A DNA stretch of 64,000 nucleotides, taken from positions 27,168,001 through 27,232,000 of the forward strand of contig CP068257.2 in NCBI GenBank assembly GCA_009914755.4. The letters run 5' to 3'. Position numbers and translations under genes: made by a program. Under the pieces are notes generated by a model that ran no database searches, was not told the DNA's origin, and saw only the letters and a program-made list of their open reading frames with translations. The DNA is from the human T2T-CHM13v2.0 reference genome, Homo sapiens. The stretch's first letter is position 1, and every line of letters begins with the position of its first letter. Positions 61,946 through 64,000 of the stretch are shown here, piece by piece.

Positions 61946-63533
61946 GACACGATTGAGTAGAAAATGTTTGCAAAATGTAGAGATTAGTAGCCAGAATATA
62001 TGAATAATTAGTTCTTACAGATCAACAAGTAAAAAGACAACAGAAATCTGATATAAAATGCTTAAATGACAATAAAGCAAAAATACCTAATGGCTAATAA
62101 ACATAAGAAAATTTCAACCATATTATTCATTAGGAAAATACAAATCAATACTATATTAGACCTACTAGATTGGCAAAATCTAAGAAGTCTAACAGTCCCA
62201 AATATTGGTGAAGATATGGCACTACAGAAACTCATATATACTACTGGCAAGTAAACTGGCATCTTTCTGGAAAACAATTTGGCATTATCAGGTAAAATGA
62301 AACATAATTGTACCGTATGATTTAGAAATTCCACTTCTAGGTATTGACTAGAGTACCAACAGACATGTACAGAGATGTTTATAGCAACATTATTCATAAT
62401 AGTGAAAACTGGAAACAACCTAAAATTCAATGACCAAAGTATGAATAAATGAATAGTGGAATATATTGGTGAAAATGAGTGAATAACTCTTCAACATGGA
62501 GAAGTTGCACAAAAATATTAAGCAGAAAACTCAATTTGAGACATTTATAAAAATCTTTTTATAATCTATAAAAAAATCCCAATGTGCCATCACCAAGGGC
62601 AAGTGAAAAATTGTTGACTCCAGTGAGGCAGAACTAAAGGAAGTTCTAACAAGGGAAAATTGCAGCACACTGCACTGTCGAGAAATGTAAAGGATCTGAG
62701 ATTTTACTCCACTTGCAACCCAAATTAGTCTGCCACAGTTTCACTGTTGGCAGAAAAAAACAAGGCTTTTGGGTCAGAGACAAGGAATTTTATTACTCAT
62801 AGTATTCATACAACAATTAGCATGAGCAACAGCATGTTTCATCAGTTTCCCCTTGCCTCAAGTCTTATGGGGGTAACATGGATGGGCCCAGATGGATCTG
62901 ACCTCCTTGGCCTCCCACAGTGCAGGGATTACATCACGCCCAGCCTCAATTTTCTTTATAATGCCTTTTGACGAACAAAACCCTTTACTGCAACTGGATT
63001 TATCAGTCTTTTAGGGTCTGTGATTCTTTTTTATTTTATAGATACTCTTTCCCATTCCATTGTCATAAAAATATTCTCCTATATTTTTTCCAAATTTAAA
63101 ATTCAACCTTTTTATTTACAACTTAATCAATTTTAGTGGACTTTTGTATATGGTGTGAGGTAAGAATCTAATTTCATTGTTTCCCTTTGTGTATAATCAC
63201 TTATACAGTACTATTCCATTTGTTCTGCAGTTCCATTTCATCATATACACATTTCTATATATGTACATGTTTCTTTATGGACTTTCCATTCTGTTTCAGT
63301 TTATTTATCTTTGGGTCAATATAAAACTGTCTTAATTACTGTTGTTTAATAATAAGTATTTGGCATCTGAGTAGCTCAAGCTCTCTCATGCTCCTCCTAT
63401 TATCTAGGAGTGTCTAGGCTGTTCTTGGTCATTTGTTCTGGTTTTATGAAAAACACTTTTGAGATTTTGACTGGAATTTTACTGTAAGTATAGGAACAAT
63501 TGGTATCTTTATAACAGTGAATCTTCCTAGTCA

Positions 63534-63884
<351 letters not shown>

Positions 63885-64000
63885 TTAATCAAATTGCATG
63901 TTAGTCCTGTACACGTTATATTTATTCCATGATGCCTTATTTATCATTTTTAGTCATATTATTAAAATACATTTTCCTGCTTTGGGGGACTAACGCATAG

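Overview
This 64 kb window is primate (most likely human) nuclear genomic DNA from a gene-poor, AT-rich, non-coding region. It is not a prokaryotic locus and it carries no CRISPR array, defence island or operon-like coding block. More than half of it is recognisable interspersed repeats. There are at least 20 Alu elements or fragments, including an AluYb8-type copy with intact target-site duplications (TSDs). There are several L1 LINEs: a young L1PA copy with a twin-priming 5' inversion, a roughly 7.7 kb full-length L1PB-like copy carrying two Alus and a 475 bp AT microsatellite, and a tandem pair of L1 3' ends. Two internally deleted copies of one ERVL-like endogenous retrovirus lie in opposite orientation about 5 kb apart, and a solo LTR of the same family lies at 13151-13673. 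The ERVL-like family has a TG...CA LTR of about 500 bp, a tRNA-Leu-like primer-binding site (PBS), degraded gag, protease and RT ORFs, and a dUTPase-like remnant. MaLR LTRs (THE1- and MST-like), MER5 hAT elements and MIR SINEs are also present. Long polypurine (GAAA)n/(GGAA)n tracts sit on the A tails of Alus, a (GATA)n STR is present, and a 132 bp tandem duplication sits near the start of the window. All ORFs in the six-frame track are retroelement remnants or low-complexity translation artefacts; I see no convincing cellular exon. Without a database search I could not assign the locus to a chromosome. Family and subfamily names for the MaLR, MER5 and ERVL-like elements come from recall of consensus sequences and should be confirmed with RepeatMasker/Dfam.
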